64,000 nucleotides of DNA from Nitrosopumilaceae archaeon (GCA_965214835.1 CBDCCK010000002.1:1760001-1824000); one strand, 5' to 3'. Counted from the first letter of the stretch, positions 11,415 to 22,873 are shown. The notes: generated by a model not told the origin, from the letters alone. Numbers and translations: made by a program.

Positions 11415-11978
11415 CTAATCATCCCTTATCCATCCCCTCTTGATAATCCCCCGATCCTCGTCATTGCCTACTCCTGTGGCATACCTCCACACGGCACCTG
11501 TGCCTGCGCTCATCTTGCTCTTGATCTTCAGCAGCGATTCTGCCTCTGAGTTGAGATTCCCGTCTGCGCTTCCGTTCTCCATGCAGAACTTGCACTTGGC
11601 ATCCAGGGCAATCGGGTCTGTCTCAACCAGCGGATATGCAGAGCATGCCAACGGCCTGTCCTGGTAAATCCTGCACATGTATCCACCGTGTCCTGCCCTG
11701 TCATCTGACTCTACATCCAAAAACGGGCATGTGTTTCCGTTATCCTCTCTGCCCATCATCTGGTACGCAATGACCTGCGTCGGCCCGCCTTTTTCAGAGT
11801 CTGAGACGCCTATCCTTGGAACAATTGAGATCGAGACTCCATTTTCTCTGGCCATCTTTTCAATCCTCTGCTTTTCCTCTGGCAGGATCAAGACTCCAAT
11901 CTTCCCGTACTCCTTTGATGGAAAGTACTCCCTGTCAATGCAGCACTGGGAGCAGTCCTGGACGCAGTGAAACTCCAT
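11415..11978 (-). CDS. YkgJ-family cysteine-cluster (Fe-S/Zn-binding) protein
   Basis: FHCVQDCSQCC...CPFL...CRIYQDRPLACSAYP motif. Confidence 0.85.
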   Translation of the reverse strand: MEFHCVQDCSQCCIDREYFPSKEYGKIGVLILPEEKQRIEKMARENGVSISIVPRIGVSDSEKGGPTQVIAYQMMGREDNGNTCPFLDVESDDRAGHGGYMCRIYQDRPLACSAYPLVETDPIALDAKCKFCMENGSADGNLNSEAESLLKIKSKMSAGTGAVWRYATGVGNDEDRGIIKRGWIRDD

Positions 11979-12072
11979 CCCATTGCTAGGGCTATTTTGG
12001 ATAAAACCCCTTTGCATACAATACCGGCCGGGCAATCTTCACAGTTATATGTAATGCTAATCGAAGGCACCC

Positions 12073-12384
12073 ATGGGAAAGCGCCAGGTCAAAAACGAAA
12101 GCGAGCTAAAGGAGATCAGGCTGCCCGAGGAGGGAGAGGTCTTTGGAAGGGTCCTCAAGATGCTGGGGGGAGAAAACGTAATGATCAAGTGCACCGACAA
12201 TGTCACCCGGAGGGGCAGAATCCGCGGAAAGCTGAAAAGAAGGGTCTGGATCCGTGACAACGACATTGTGATTATCGCCCCGTGGGACTTTAAGAACAGC
12301 GAGCAGGGCGACATTGTCTGGAGGTTCACCCTGCCGCAGGTCGCATGGCTAAAGGAGAACAACCACATCCCCAAGGACTTTTAG
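12073..12384 (+). CDS. eif1a: translation initiation factor aIF-1A
   Basis: LPEEGEVFGRV.KMLG...RGRIRGKLKRRVWIR..D.V...PWDF signature. Confidence 0.95.
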   Translation: MGKRQVKNESELKEIRLPEEGEVFGRVLKMLGGENVMIKCTDNVTRRGRIRGKLKRRVWIRDNDIVIIAPWDFKNSEQGDIVWRFTLPQVAWLKENNHIPKDF

Positions 12385-12398
12385 CGTGAAAAAACTAA

Positions 12399-12520
12399 TG
12401 GTCCCAAGCGAAGGAATTGAACCTTCGACAACCCGGTTTCTGTATGCCTGATATGCTGCTCATGGTCAGCCAGGGCCGACATCTACAGCCGGAAGCTCTA
12501 CCAGGCTGAGCTAGCTTGGG
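12399..12520 (-). tRNA. tRNA-Tyr(GTA) with about 45-nt intron at position 37/38 and encoded CCA
   Basis: Reverse complement folds as acceptor CCCAAGC/GCTTGGG, D arm GCTC/GAGC, anticodon arm TCCGG-CTGTAG|intron|A-CCGGG, T arm GAAGG-TTCAATT-CCTTC, 3' ACCA. Confidence 0.93.
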
Positions 12521-12639
12521 ACAGGTTCTCGGGCGCACCTTTGTATTAAATAACTATCGAAGGCCCAATCACGCTCTGGGGATCAGATCCTCCGATCCGC
12601 CTCAACAAGCGTTAAATACCAACCAGAAAACTTGGATCC

Positions 12640-13248
12640 GTGCCAAAACAGGAGTTCACAAACGGATACGTCTGCTATCCCTACAACCACACGCACGACT
12701 CGATCGAGCTAAAGGAGTCCTGGGAAAAGTCAAAGAACATAGAGTCCATGTACTTTGCCACCGCGACGTTCTCCGGCGAGAGCAAGCCCTACTTTGCCAA
12801 TTGCTCCAACCACTATCTTCTGGCCCGGTTCAGGGACAGTGCTGTCCTTGCAGATGACGTGGAAAACCACAAGCAAAACGAGGAGTCTTTTGTCTTCAAC
12901 ATCGATGATGACTTTTTTGAGAGAGAGGTTGACGGGAACATGAACTTTGTGTCCGTGTACTATCTTGAATATGGAGAGTCCGGGGAGGACGTCTCTGAGA
13001 TTGCAAGCGTGGTGGCCAAGCGTGAAAAGGTCGCGCGGGCGGGACTGGGACACATGGATCTCTACTGCAAGGAATCCCCGAAATTCACGTTTCCGTACAG
13101 CAAGAGCATCGTCGTGCTGGAGGTATCAAGCGAGAAGAGCCATCAGAGCGTCAACAAGTACTGTGAGAGAACGCGATCCTACGTGACGAGGAAGGGCTAC
13201 TCCCTGACCAGCCTGGTTGGTCTATCCGTTCTTGAAAAGCTAAAGTAG
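12640..13248 (+). CDS. conserved hypothetical protein
   Basis: 202-aa ORF (GTG start) preceded by a TTAAATA TATA-like box, lying between core genes. Confidence 0.7.
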   Translation: MPKQEFTNGYVCYPYNHTHDSIELKESWEKSKNIESMYFATATFSGESKPYFANCSNHYLLARFRDSAVLADDVENHKQNEESFVFNIDDDFFEREVDGNMNFVSVYYLEYGESGEDVSEIASVVAKREKVARAGLGHMDLYCKESPKFTFPYSKSIVVLEVSSEKSHQSVNKYCERTRSYVTRKGYSLTSLVGLSVLEKLK

Positions 13249-13282
13249 AAGGGTTAAATATTCCGCGCAAGCCCGTGACCGT

Positions 13283-13693
13283 ATGAGCAAGCCGGCAGAC
13301 CTGGGTTCCCTGAAGATCGGTTCGTACATCCTGCTGCCCGTAGGTGATCAGGCGACGGGGGAGCCGTGCAGGATTGTAGAGTATGATACGTCCAAGCCGG
13401 GCAAGCACGGGGCAGCCAAGGCGCGTATTGTCGGCGTGGGCGTCTTTGACGCGCAGAAGAGGCCGCATGTGGGCCCCGTCAGCATGCAGGTACACGTGCC
13501 GCTGATCGACAAGCGTACAGGACAGGTCATCTCCATTACAGGCGACAACTACCAGCTGATGGACTCGGAGACCTTTGAAACAATCGACGTCTCGCAGGTC
13601 GACGACGAGGTAAGCGGCAGGATTGAGAACGGGCAGAACGTCGAGTACTGGAAGGTCATGGAGCGGACCAAAATCATGAGGATCAAGGGCTAG
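13283..13693 (+). CDS. eif5a: translation factor aIF-5A
   Basis: Hypusine motif SKPGKHGAAKA. Confidence 0.96.
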   Translation: MSKPADLGSLKIGSYILLPVGDQATGEPCRIVEYDTSKPGKHGAAKARIVGVGVFDAQKRPHVGPVSMQVHVPLIDKRTGQVISITGDNYQLMDSETFETIDVSQVDDEVSGRIENGQNVEYWKVMERTKIMRIKG

Positions 13694-13699
13694 GCCCTG

Positions 13700-14232
13700 T
13701 CGTGGCACATTTTTTGCAGCGTATTGGCAACCTTGCATGAGACAGGCGCAGTGGACAGCCAAAAGGCGGAACATCCGTCCTTTGGAAATCAAAGGCGCCG
13801 GTACTCAATCCAAGGCAGGCCCGCGCCTGTGGGATTTCAGCGCCTCATGAGGCCTGCAGCTGAATCCAGGCATGCATGCTGTCGATCACAAGCTCTTGAA
13901 CGGCATCGATCCTCCCCGGATGAACCTTCCGGCGCCAAGCTGCATACTGAAGTACTGACAGCGCATGCCCCATCCCCCAAGCATGGAATGATACTCGGAG
14001 GCCAGCATGTCCCTCTTACCGGTGCCAATACTTCCCATCGTACTGACCTCCGGCACTGCAGTCGGTATGTGCGTGGCCCTCAGGCGTCTCTCCTCCATGA
14101 TGTAATCACGGACAGCCCCCGCCGTGTGTACCGGGGCATCCATAGTGCGTACAGTTGAAATTCGAATGTTTTTTATCGAAATAGGCCTGGTGTGCCAAAA
14201 TTATGATCCATTTTTTTGATGCGCGCACCATT
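13700..14232 (-). pseudogene. degraded IS5-like element remnant
   Basis: Broken frames. The end region GCCTATTTCGATAA...TTTCAACTGT resembles 37310-37348, and similarity continues into 35893-35936 once the ISH3 copy is removed. Confidence 0.45.
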
Positions 14233-14284
14233 ACAGCGCGGATCTTGCCCGTGCGGCTGGCCGGCGCCTTGGGAAAGTCGTACC

Positions 14285-14400
14285 GCAACAGGATGGCCCC
14301 TGGAGAGTTGAAGTCATGCCCCTTGCCGACCAGGCATGAAAATCACAACTGCAGGCAAATGTGTGCCTGATTACTGCCTGGGCAGGAGCTATCATATTAC
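14285..14400. mobile_element. MITE family D, diverged inverted copy
   Basis: Homologous to 57202-57319; near-perfect 8-bp TSD GTCGTACC/GTTGTACC. Confidence 0.75.
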
Positions 14401-14654
14401 GTTGTACCAATCAAATTTTTTCTCGTATGTATGGAAGAGCTTGCGGTGCTCGATAGAGGTTGCCTCGCCTACGACAACTCTGCGGTGTCCTCCTCCGTAC
14501 TGCACCATCACCGGCTTTCACCGGCGACTAGTACTTTGCACTTTGCCTGTTGGTGTGCCCAGCCGACTGGCCGCACGAGGAGGTCTGCTGTTTTCTCCCA
14601 GCTGAGGTTTTTTACGCCGACCATGCTTACTGCGGATATGCTGGCCATCACATG

Positions 14655-14763
14655 GTAACAGCTCGGGCTCTGGAAGTTCAGGTATGAATTTTACCGCCAA
14701 AGGAACCTTCGCAGATGTAATTCGTGCCTAAAATCGTAAATCACTTCGAGCCCGAGCTGTTGT
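14655..14763. mobile_element. MITE family A, copy 1
   Basis: TIR GTAACAGCTCGGGCTC/GAGCCCGAGCTGTT; homologous to 47258-47368 and 55493-55597. Confidence 0.8.
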
Positions 14764-14768
14764 GCCCA

Positions 14769-14890
14769 TAGCCTATCCAGAAGTGCCACACAAAACGGCT
14801 CCCAATCCGAAACGACTCAAATCAATTCGCCTACAGATCCGCATGTCATCGTCTGCACCGTCATGAACCTGGTTACTTCTGGGAAGACTA
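14769..14890. mobile_element. MITE family F, diverged copy
   Basis: Aligns by eye with the reverse complement of 4944-5064; ends TACTTCTGGGAAGACTA. Confidence 0.65.
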
Positions 14891-14934
14891 CTCTTTCAAT
14901 CATCTTCAAATAGTGGCCTTTACAACCTCTATTC

Positions 14935-15222
14935 ATGGAGTACGAGATTGAGAAAAAAATCCACATCACATGCCCTCACTGCGAAAAGGCAATCGAGGCC
15001 GACATTGAGGTCGAGCTGGAAGTCAAGGACAAAAAGCACAAGGACAAAAAGCCCAAAGAAAAGCCAAGTAGCGAGAAAAAGCCCAAAGAAAAGCCAAGTA
15101 GCGAGAAAAAGCCCAAAGAAAAGCCAAGTAGCGAGAAAAAGCCCAAAGAAAAGCCAAGTAGCGAGAAAAAGCCCAAAGAAAAGCCAAGTAAAAAACCCAG
15201 AAGCAAAAAGCCTGGAAAGTAG
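14935..15222 (+). CDS. small CPHC-motif protein with Lys-rich repeat tail
   Basis: ITCPHCEK followed by KKPKEKPSSE repeats. Confidence 0.7.
   Translation: MEYEIEKKIHITCPHCEKAIEADIEVELEVKDKKHKDKKPKEKPSSEKKPKEKPSSEKKPKEKPSSEKKPKEKPSSEKKPKEKPSKKPRSKKPGK
15046..15190 (+). repeat. 30-bp coding tandem repeat, about 4.8 identical units
   Basis: Unit AAAAAGCCCAAAGAAAAGCCAAGTAGCGAG. Confidence 0.95.
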
Positions 15223-15471
15223 CCTGTAGGACTAAAATAACACCGTGTGATGTCTATGCTGGGTGCTGATGAGAAGCGGAAAAGCCGTCTGAGTTTTGAT
15301 GAGGATTATGAGTGTTGAGGCATCTGTTTTTTTGTATGGGGCCATCTCTCCCTTGGCAATTGGGCATGAATTGCATGCAACTGTAGCTTTTATGCCTGGT
15401 CAACAAGGGGGCGCAGCCTTGTACGTTTTTTATTGACAAAAGATATCTAGCCTGGCTTTTTACCGAAAGGC

Positions 15472-16161
15472 ATGAGGCTGGCAGCGCTGTTTTCTGGCGG
15501 CAAGGACAGCACGTTTGCCATACATGCGGCACGGCAGCTGGGCCACTCCGTAGACTGCCTGGTCGTGGTTCATCCAAAGTCCGCCGACAGCCACCTGCTG
15601 CACCATCCAAACGTTGAATTTACCATACTGCAGTCAGAGTCGATGCAGATTCCATTGCTGCGCTCTGATGCGCATAGCGCCGACACTGCCCACGAGGTGG
15701 GACTGATGCGCGACATGCTCAAGCGCGCAAAAGCCGATTTTGGCATAGACGGCATTGTTCACGGCGGGATACTCAGCGAGTTTCAAAGATCACGCTTTCA
15801 GGATGCCTGCATGCAGCTGGGCCTGCAGGCGGTCGCCCCACTGTGGAGAATAGATCAAAGCAAGTACATGAGGAGCCTGCTTGAGCAGGGCTTTGACTTT
15901 ATAATCACAAGCGTCACCGCCGGCGGACTCGACGACTCCTGGCTGGGCAGGCGTCTTGCCAGAGACGATCTCTCTGACCTGGAAAAACTGTCGCAAAAGC
16001 ACGCATTCAACACAAGCTTCGAGGGAGGCGAGGCCGAGACCTTCGTGGTAGACTGCCCCCTTTTCTCAAAGCCCATCGTAATCAAGAACGCCAGAAGGTT
16101 CTGGGACGGCTACAGAGGAAGATTTGAAATACTGGAGGCTGCATTAGACAACCATGCTTGA
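15472..16161 (+). CDS. dph6: diphthine--ammonia ligase
   Basis: SGGKDS PP-loop, plus APLW and FEGGEAETFVVDCPLF. Confidence 0.9.
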   Translation: MRLAALFSGGKDSTFAIHAARQLGHSVDCLVVVHPKSADSHLLHHPNVEFTILQSESMQIPLLRSDAHSADTAHEVGLMRDMLKRAKADFGIDGIVHGGILSEFQRSRFQDACMQLGLQAVAPLWRIDQSKYMRSLLEQGFDFIITSVTAGGLDDSWLGRRLARDDLSDLEKLSQKHAFNTSFEGGEAETFVVDCPLFSKPIVIKNARRFWDGYRGRFEILEAALDNHA

Positions 16162-17479
16162 CGGATTGAAAGGCAGCCTTCGCGCCGCCATTAAAAAAAT
16201 TGTAAGGTCCTCCGGCGTGGATGAGGAGCTCATTGCAGAGCTGGCAATGGACGTGCAGAGGGCCCTGATTGTGGCCGACGTCGACGTCGAACTCGTGCTG
16301 GAAATCACGCAGAATCTAAAGCAGAGATCCCTCAACGAGACCCCCCCTCCCGGACTATCAAGAAAGGATCACATCGTAAAAATCCTTTACGACGAGCTGG
16401 CCGGGCTGCTGGGAAACGACACCGAGTTCTCGTTCCGGCCGGGAAGGATCAACAGGGTCGTAATGCTGGGAATACAGGGAAGCGGCAAGACCACCGCCAC
16501 CTCCAAGCTCTCAAAGCTTCTTGTGGGCCAGGGATACAGGGTTGGCGTAATCGGTGCAGATACATATCGCCCCGGAGCCCTGGTACAGCTCCGTACAATG
16601 TGCGAGAAGGCCGGCGTGGAGGTATACGGCGAGGAGAACGGCAGGGACTCGCCGCAGATTGTCAAAAACGGGCTGAGGCACTTTGAGGATTCCGGCCTTG
16701 ACGTTCTGATTATAGACACTGCCGGACGCCACAAGGGGGAGCAGGAACTGCTTGACGAGATGAAGCAAATCAACAGGGTCGCAGAGCCTGACCTTGCACT
16801 GCTTGTAATCGACGGCACCATCGGGCAGCAGTGCTTCGGCCAGGCCGAGGCCTTTCACAAGACGATCCCCGTGGGGGGCATAATCATAACAAAGCTGGAC
16901 AGCTCCGCAAAGGGTGGAGGCGCCCTGGCAGCATCTGCTGCCACCGGCGCGCAGATCATGTACATAGGCACGGGCGAGAGGATAGATGATCTTGAAAGGT
17001 TCTCACCCACGCGCTTTGTCGGCAAGCTGCTCGGCATGGGAGACATTCAGGCCCTACTTGACCTCGTAAAGCGCCTTGAAAGCGAGGCCGATGATGTAAG
17101 AATGAAGCGCATCTCCAGCGGCAAGATGAACATGGAGGACTTTCTTTACCAGCTAGAGGAGGTCAACAAGGTCGGCTCCCTGCGCGGACTGCTAGACAGC
17201 ATGCCCGGGCTCTCCGGAATGATCAAAGACGATCAGCTGGATCAGATGGAGGGGAAGATCGACAGGTGGAGGTTCATCATCCAGAGCATGACCAAGCAGG
17301 AAAAGGCGGATCCCGACCTGATAAAGTCATCCCGCCTTCAGCGCATTGCACGGGGCTCTGGCTGGCCGCAGAGCGACGTCAAGGAGCTGTTGAAGGGTTA
17401 CAAGAATTCAAAGAACATGGTAAAGGCGTCCAAGGGAAGGCAGATGCAAAGCACACTAAGGCGCATGGGAATGGGCTAG
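16154..17479 (+). CDS. srp54: signal recognition particle protein SRP54
   Basis: [19 protein letters not shown] motifs and a Met-rich M domain. Confidence 0.96.
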   Translation: MLDGLKGSLRAAIKKIVRSSGVDEELIAELAMDVQRALIVADVDVELVLEITQNLKQRSLNETPPPGLSRKDHIVKILYDELAGLLGNDTEFSFRPGRINRVVMLGIQGSGKTTATSKLSKLLVGQGYRVGVIGADTYRPGALVQLRTMCEKAGVEVYGEENGRDSPQIVKNGLRHFEDSGLDVLIIDTAGRHKGEQELLDEMKQINRVAEPDLALLVIDGTIGQQCFGQAEAFHKTIPVGGIIITKLDSSAKGGGALAASAATGAQIMYIGTGERIDDLERFSPTRFVGKLLGMGDIQALLDLVKRLESEADDVRMKRISSGKMNMEDFLYQLEEVNKVGSLRGLLDSMPGLSGMIKDDQLDQMEGKIDRWRFIIQSMTKQEKADPDLIKSSRLQRIARGSGWPQSDVKELLKGYKNSKNMVKASKGRQMQSTLRRMGMG

Positions 17480-17490
17480 CGCGACTGCAA

Positions 17491-18726
17491 ATGCAACCGG
17501 TACGACATGGCCTTCCCAAGTCCGTCCTAGATGAGTCCAGAAAAATCATCAAGGCCTTTCCTCTGTGTGACTCATGCCTGGGACGGCTATATGCAAAAAA
17601 ACTGCGCCTGGCCTCATGCAAGATGCTGGGCTCCAGAATCAGAGCCCAGATGGGCAGTAAAAAACCTGCCAAGTGCTACATCTGCAGGGATCTGCTCTCC
17701 GGTCTGGACTCGTACGTTGATCAGCTGGCATCAATCTCCGAGAAGACGCACTATGACAGCTTCCTGGTCGGGACAATCCTGAGGCCTTCCGTCTTGGATC
17801 GGGACGACCATGTCCGCTCTAGATTCAAGATGCGCGGCGCAGACAGCATAAAGACCGAGGTCACAAGGTCGCTGACCAGATCCTTCGCAAGAAGATCCAA
17901 AAAACCCGTTGATCACCTTGACCCCGAGCTTACACTACTTGTAAACTTTAGGACAGACGCGTGCGAGCAGCGCGCAAGGCCGCTGGTAATATCCGGACGG
18001 TACACGAAAAGCAGGCGCGGCCTGCCGCAAAAACAGCACCCGTGCGATGACTGCCGGGGCAGGGGATGCATCTTTTGCGGCGGCCACGGAATAACCGGCT
18101 TTGACAGCGTCGAGGGCATCGTCTCAAGGCTGTTTTATGAGAAGTTTGGCGTCCTCCGGGTCAGGTTTACCTGGATAGGGGGCGAGGATAGGGACAGCCT
18201 GGTGGGGGGGAAAGGGCGGCCGTTTTTTGCCAAGCTTGTCAACCCCCGGCTGCGAAATACCAAGCTGCCGGGAACCGTCCGCCTTGGGGCCATCTCGCTG
18301 CACGGACTAAAAAGGATCGAGCGGGTTCCCAGCAGTCCGATTGGATTCCAATCCAGGGTCACGCTGTACGTGCAGTCAGGCGTCAAGATCAGTTCAAGGC
18401 AGCTCTCAAAATTATGCACCCTGACCAGAAGACCGGTCATTCTGCATGACGGGGACAGGCCGGCTGAGAAGCACATCCGTGAGCTGGCCTACAAAAAGAC
18501 CTCTCCTGACGGATTCTCCGTGACCCTGCTTGCCGACGGGGGCCTCTCCATGAAAAGGGTAGTCGAGGGCGACGGGGTCACTCCAAACATGTCTGAAATC
18601 CTAGGCGCCGAGTGCACCTGCACCCGGTTTGATTTTGAGGATATCACGATAAATGGTGCACTGACCAGCCGTGGTGATCCGGGGGAGCTCCAGGTCGGAG
18701 CCAGGTCGGGGCGGCATTCGGACTAG
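17491..18726 (+). CDS. pus10: tRNA pseudouridine(54/55) synthase Pus10-like protein
   Basis: LCDSCLGR...CYIC Zn motif, THUMP region, GRYTK.RRGLPQK, GGEDRD..V.G.GRPF. Confidence 0.85.
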   Translation: MQPVRHGLPKSVLDESRKIIKAFPLCDSCLGRLYAKKLRLASCKMLGSRIRAQMGSKKPAKCYICRDLLSGLDSYVDQLASISEKTHYDSFLVGTILRPSVLDRDDHVRSRFKMRGADSIKTEVTRSLTRSFARRSKKPVDHLDPELTLLVNFRTDACEQRARPLVISGRYTKSRRGLPQKQHPCDDCRGRGCIFCGGHGITGFDSVEGIVSRLFYEKFGVLRVRFTWIGGEDRDSLVGGKGRPFFAKLVNPRLRNTKLPGTVRLGAISLHGLKRIERVPSSPIGFQSRVTLYVQSGVKISSRQLSKLCTLTRRPVILHDGDRPAEKHIRELAYKKTSPDGFSVTLLADGGLSMKRVVEGDGVTPNMSEILGAECTCTRFDFEDITINGALTSRGDPGELQVGARSGRHSD

Positions 18727-18885
18727 CCTTCACTGTAGATTGCGTAAAGAATCCATGGCGCCGCCGTCTTACGTCAAAAAGGCGTGTGACTGGGCAAGGA
18801 GCAAGTCCGCACCTACCGTGTTTCGGCGCGCCGTGGCTATTTTGGCAATTCATATGTTCCAATCATACTTGTACCGTTTTGATTC

Positions 18886-20995
18886 GTACAACATCAGGTC
18901 CTTTTTATACTGACAAGCCAACTTTTTTCCAAGAACTTTTTGATCATTTCGCATCATCTGTTGTGACAGACTAGATACACTGTTACTGACACATCCTTTG
19001 TACATGCAAGACTGACTGACGCCGTGCATACAACAGATTGGCATACGGCACTTGCCATGCAGTCAGAAATCATTACACCTGCAAGGCGTTGTCAATTGGC
19101 AGACTTGCCTACACAGCCGGATCTTCGGATATGAAGCTACGGGTTACGCCGTCCCGTAGGCGCCAGACGGATCATGTTGTTGTAGGAGCTGCTACTGCTG
19201 GTACGACGGCCGTCCGGTCCCGGCGTACCGCTCCTCTGCTACTGCCTGCGTCATCATCTGCGACAGGCCGCCACACCGGCGGCGGCCCGGGACACTCAAA
19301 GACGCTGTATCTCGTACCGTCCGTATTGACAAGCGAGGACAGGCGCATATCATCATCATCGCCTGCTTCTGCAAAGACATTCCAGTCAGGATTCCGCAGG
19401 TATTCCAAGAGCCCACCTGCAGGATGTATGTTCTGCTTGCGGCATGTCATCGAGAACGTCAGCAGCGCAGAAGCCGTCTTTCTTCCGCCGTCAGTTACGA
19501 TCTTGTGGCGCGCATTGCGCTGCGGTATGATCCCGTCGCGTATGCACCGCTCCGTATCGTTGTTGTGCAGTGGCATTCCCCGATGCGCCAGACACGTAAA
19601 CATGTTGGGCATGGCGTTTTGCATGTGTGCGCACACGTGATCGTCCTCATACGGGCTGATTATTTTGTATGCCTCCCTGGAAAGCTCCATGTATGTAAGC
19701 GGCGCAAGCGTCTTGATTTTATCTATCTTCCTGTAAAATTCAAGCAGCAAGTCGTACCTTTTCTCGTTATCGCCTTCGGGCATCCTTACTGCAAGCTTTT
19801 CTGCATATGCCAGAAGGTGCCTCCAGCACCTCTGGATTATCTCAAAGAACATCTTGTACTGGGCCAGCCCGTCTACGACTATGGGAGTCTTGGGATCCAG
19901 CCATCCAAAGTGCGTGTGCAGTACCTCAGAGGACCGGGAATCTGCAAATACCACAAAGCACGCCCCCTCACAGTTGAGCACCCAGACGTATCCCATGTGT
20001 CCGTCGCCGCGCTTAAAGCCGGTCTCGTCCATCTGTATCCACGGCCTGCCCGCAATGAATGACTGTATGCGTTGTATCATGTCTTGTTGAATCGCCTCTG
20101 CCACTGCGTGCCGGGCGGCAGTCACGGTATTTGGGGCCATCTTGAATCCAAACATATACTGAAAGTACTCTGCAATGTCCTCGTCTATGTTTCCCTTCTC
20201 AAAGAACATCATGATTAGAGAGAGTGAGACGGGCCCAAGTGACGTGCCGCTTAGAAACGGGGTAGCTGCGACATGCACGGTATTGCACTGTGGACACACC
20301 GCGTTTTGGATGATGGCATTGGCAGTGAGCATGCGCATAAAACCGTCCAGGTCGTTGACAAGCTTGTGGATCGGCTTGAGCATCCGTAACTGGATGTTGC
20401 ACTTTGGGCATATTTTGAAATCAAGATCGTACCTTAATGTCATGGATGGCCGGTTGCCGTGCGATGTACCATGGTGTCCGCACGGAGGGCCGCGTTTCTT
20501 GCCCCGAGCCGCATCGCCGGGACTGCCGCCGGGATCCTCGCCCCTTTTCTCCCTGAACTTTTTTCTGGCATCATTGTATAATGACGGCGTGGACGTGGGC
20601 ATGTTGGGACTCTCGTACAGGGCAAGCCTTGCCTGAAGCTCAGCATTCTCCTTCTTGACATCAGCATTCTCCTTCTTGACAATAGAGAGTTCTTTTTCCA
20701 GCCCGGAGATCTTCTCATCTTGCTCCATGATCATGACAAGTGCCTTTCCAGGATCCGTACAGCGTGCAAGCACGGCTTTGGAGTCCATATGTTACATCAG
20801 ACAGGCAAGATCAAAAAAGATTTCCATCGAAATTCTTTGACCAAGATGCCGATATTATGTCACTCCCGTAAATTCCAAACCTGCAATGTCTGATCACAAA
20901 TGTCTGATGTTCAGCCATGTTCGCAGGGGCATCTGATCATAAGATGCTGCCCAAAAATGTTTGACTGTCAGTATAAAAAGGACCTGAAGTTGTAC
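18886..20995 (-). mobile_element. IS66-family element with single transposase ORF 19172-20788
   Basis: 30-bp TIR GTACAAC(A/T)TCAGGTCCTTTTTATACTGACA flanked by GATTC on both sides. Protein has a coiled coil, CPKC/CPQC, MDETG, QRCWRHLL and NNDTERCIR. Confidence 0.9.
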
Positions 20996-21009
20996 GATTC
21001 GCCGATGAC

Positions 21010-21627
21010 GTGACTGCCAACTTCAACATTTTGGCAGAGCATGGAAACATTCCTGAGGAGCTGTTTGATCAGGATCCCAAATACTGGAACGTCGTGATCA
21101 ATATCTCTGCGTGCCAGTATGCCAAGAACTGCGACTCCAACCCGCTGAAGGAGGTATTGGAGAGCAGGGCGTACGAGCAAGATGCCGGCAGCATGCCAGA
21201 TGTAGTATCAGACTGGCTGAGCCTGCTTCTGCCAGACGCCCATGCTTTGGATATGGCGGAGCATTCTTCCACAATTTACGGCGAGCCTTGGATCTGCACG
21301 TATGGCAACTGCAGGGTGACTGTAAACGTACTCGAAAGCATTGGAGAGCATAATGCTACTGCCCGACCTCCGTATGTGGAAGGACATGAAGGAATAGGCC
21401 ATGGAACAAGCAATAACATGGACTTTAATGTATCTACATGCTCCAATCCGGACGGGTACAACGTAGTCCATGCAGTGGTCACAGTCGGCCCGTCTGAGGT
21501 ATACAATTCATATAATGTGGGTTTGGGATGTACATACATACTAACTACGATAGAGGCCAGCGACAGAACGAGTCCTTGGTATGTGTGGCGCGTAGACGGA
21601 ACTACAAATTCGTGGCAGCTCCCATGA
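21010..21627 (+). CDS. hypothetical protein, possibly 5'-truncated by the IS66
   Basis: Open frame starting directly after the IS66 end; no recognisable motif. Confidence 0.5.
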   Translation: MTANFNILAEHGNIPEELFDQDPKYWNVVINISACQYAKNCDSNPLKEVLESRAYEQDAGSMPDVVSDWLSLLLPDAHALDMAEHSSTIYGEPWICTYGNCRVTVNVLESIGEHNATARPPYVEGHEGIGHGTSNNMDFNVSTCSNPDGYNVVHAVVTVGPSEVYNSYNVGLGCTYILTTIEASDRTSPWYVWRVDGTTNSWQLP

Positions 21628-21658
21628 CCACGTCTTTTTTTACCATGAAAAAATCCAC

Positions 21659-22805
21659 TCTATAATCCAAAAAGTAGTTCACCCCTTCTCCGAGGGTCAA
21701 GTAGGTCAGGATCAGATGCACGGGCCTCATGCATGCCATTGGAAACAGGGGTGTGTGGGTCGCGCAAAAGGGCTGGTAAATACGTCAGTCTTGCACGCCC
21801 CAACAACATGAAGCTAAGAAGTCAGGCGTACGGTGGATAGTACGCCAAAAGCAAAAGGGGGACATGACAAACGCCCAGATAGCCCAGTCCATGAACGTCT
21901 CGGTCCGCTGGGTACAGAAACTGTGGGCCCGGCACAGGTCAGGCACCGTACAGGACATATCGCACCCCGCACGGATGGGAAGGCCCCAGAACGGCATGCC
22001 CGGGCGCAGGGAGCACTCGGCGGTCCTCTCGGTGCGGCCCTCCGAGCACCTGGGTGCGGCATCACTGCAGGGGCGTATAAGGGAAAAGACCGGGATTAAT
22101 ATCCCGCGTCATACACTGCACGGCATGCTAAAGGACGAGGGGATGGCCAGAGACGAGCCCAACGGGCGCAGAAAACGCAGGTGGCTGCGCTGGGAGATGG
22201 AGTATTCCAACTCCATGTGGCACACCGACTGGAAGCAGATACACGGCGGAATGCACGACGGCAGGTGGTTTTTGTGCTACGAGGACGACGCATCCCGGTT
22301 CGTGACCGGATACGGCATATTTGACAACGCGACTACAGAAAACGCCCTCAAGGTGCTTGACGGGGCCATGCAGAAGCACGGCAGGCCCGCCTCCATAATG
22401 ACGGATCACGGAAGCCAGTTCTATGCAAACGAAAAACAGGGCGCAAAGAGGGGGCACAGCGAGTTCGAGGAGAGCCTGGAGGCCCTAGGCATACGGCAGG
22501 TCCTTGCCGGGGTGCGCCACCCGCAGACAAACGGCAAGGTCGAGAGGCTGCACGGCGAGATACAGCGCAAGCTGCACGAGTTTGAGGATATCATGATGAG
22601 GACAAGCGATCCCATGGATCTATTCATGAAATGGTACAACTACGACAGGCCCCACATGTCCCTTGACCGGGAGAACCGGGAGACGCCGGCGCAGGCATAT
22701 GAGCGCAAGATGCCTCCTGCGGGCGAAACGGTCATAGATGGGCAGACTGGGGAGGAATATCATGTCAGATAGGGGGGGGGGGTGAACTACTTTTCGGATC
22801 CCACA
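21659..22805 (+). mobile_element. IS481-family element; transposase 21864-22772
   Basis: TIR ATCC(A/G)AAAAGTAGTTCACCCC with right end ...ACA. rve motifs WHTDWK, DDASR, TDHGSQF, PQTNGKVER, YNYDRPH. Confidence 0.92.
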
Positions 22806-22873
22806 TCTTTTGTATCCTTAAACAAAATTATTATCTAGGTTATGTTACTGCCATTATAAATCATTTATATTTT

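Noticed and set aside
15266-15305. CTGATGAG...GGAAA as a hammerhead ribozyme core
   Set aside because: Stems I-III could not be formed convincingly.
18660-18880. GC-rich segment at the pus10 3' end as a structured RNA
   Set aside because: No tRNA or ribozyme fold found by eye; it may simply be an extended C-terminus at a rearrangement junction.
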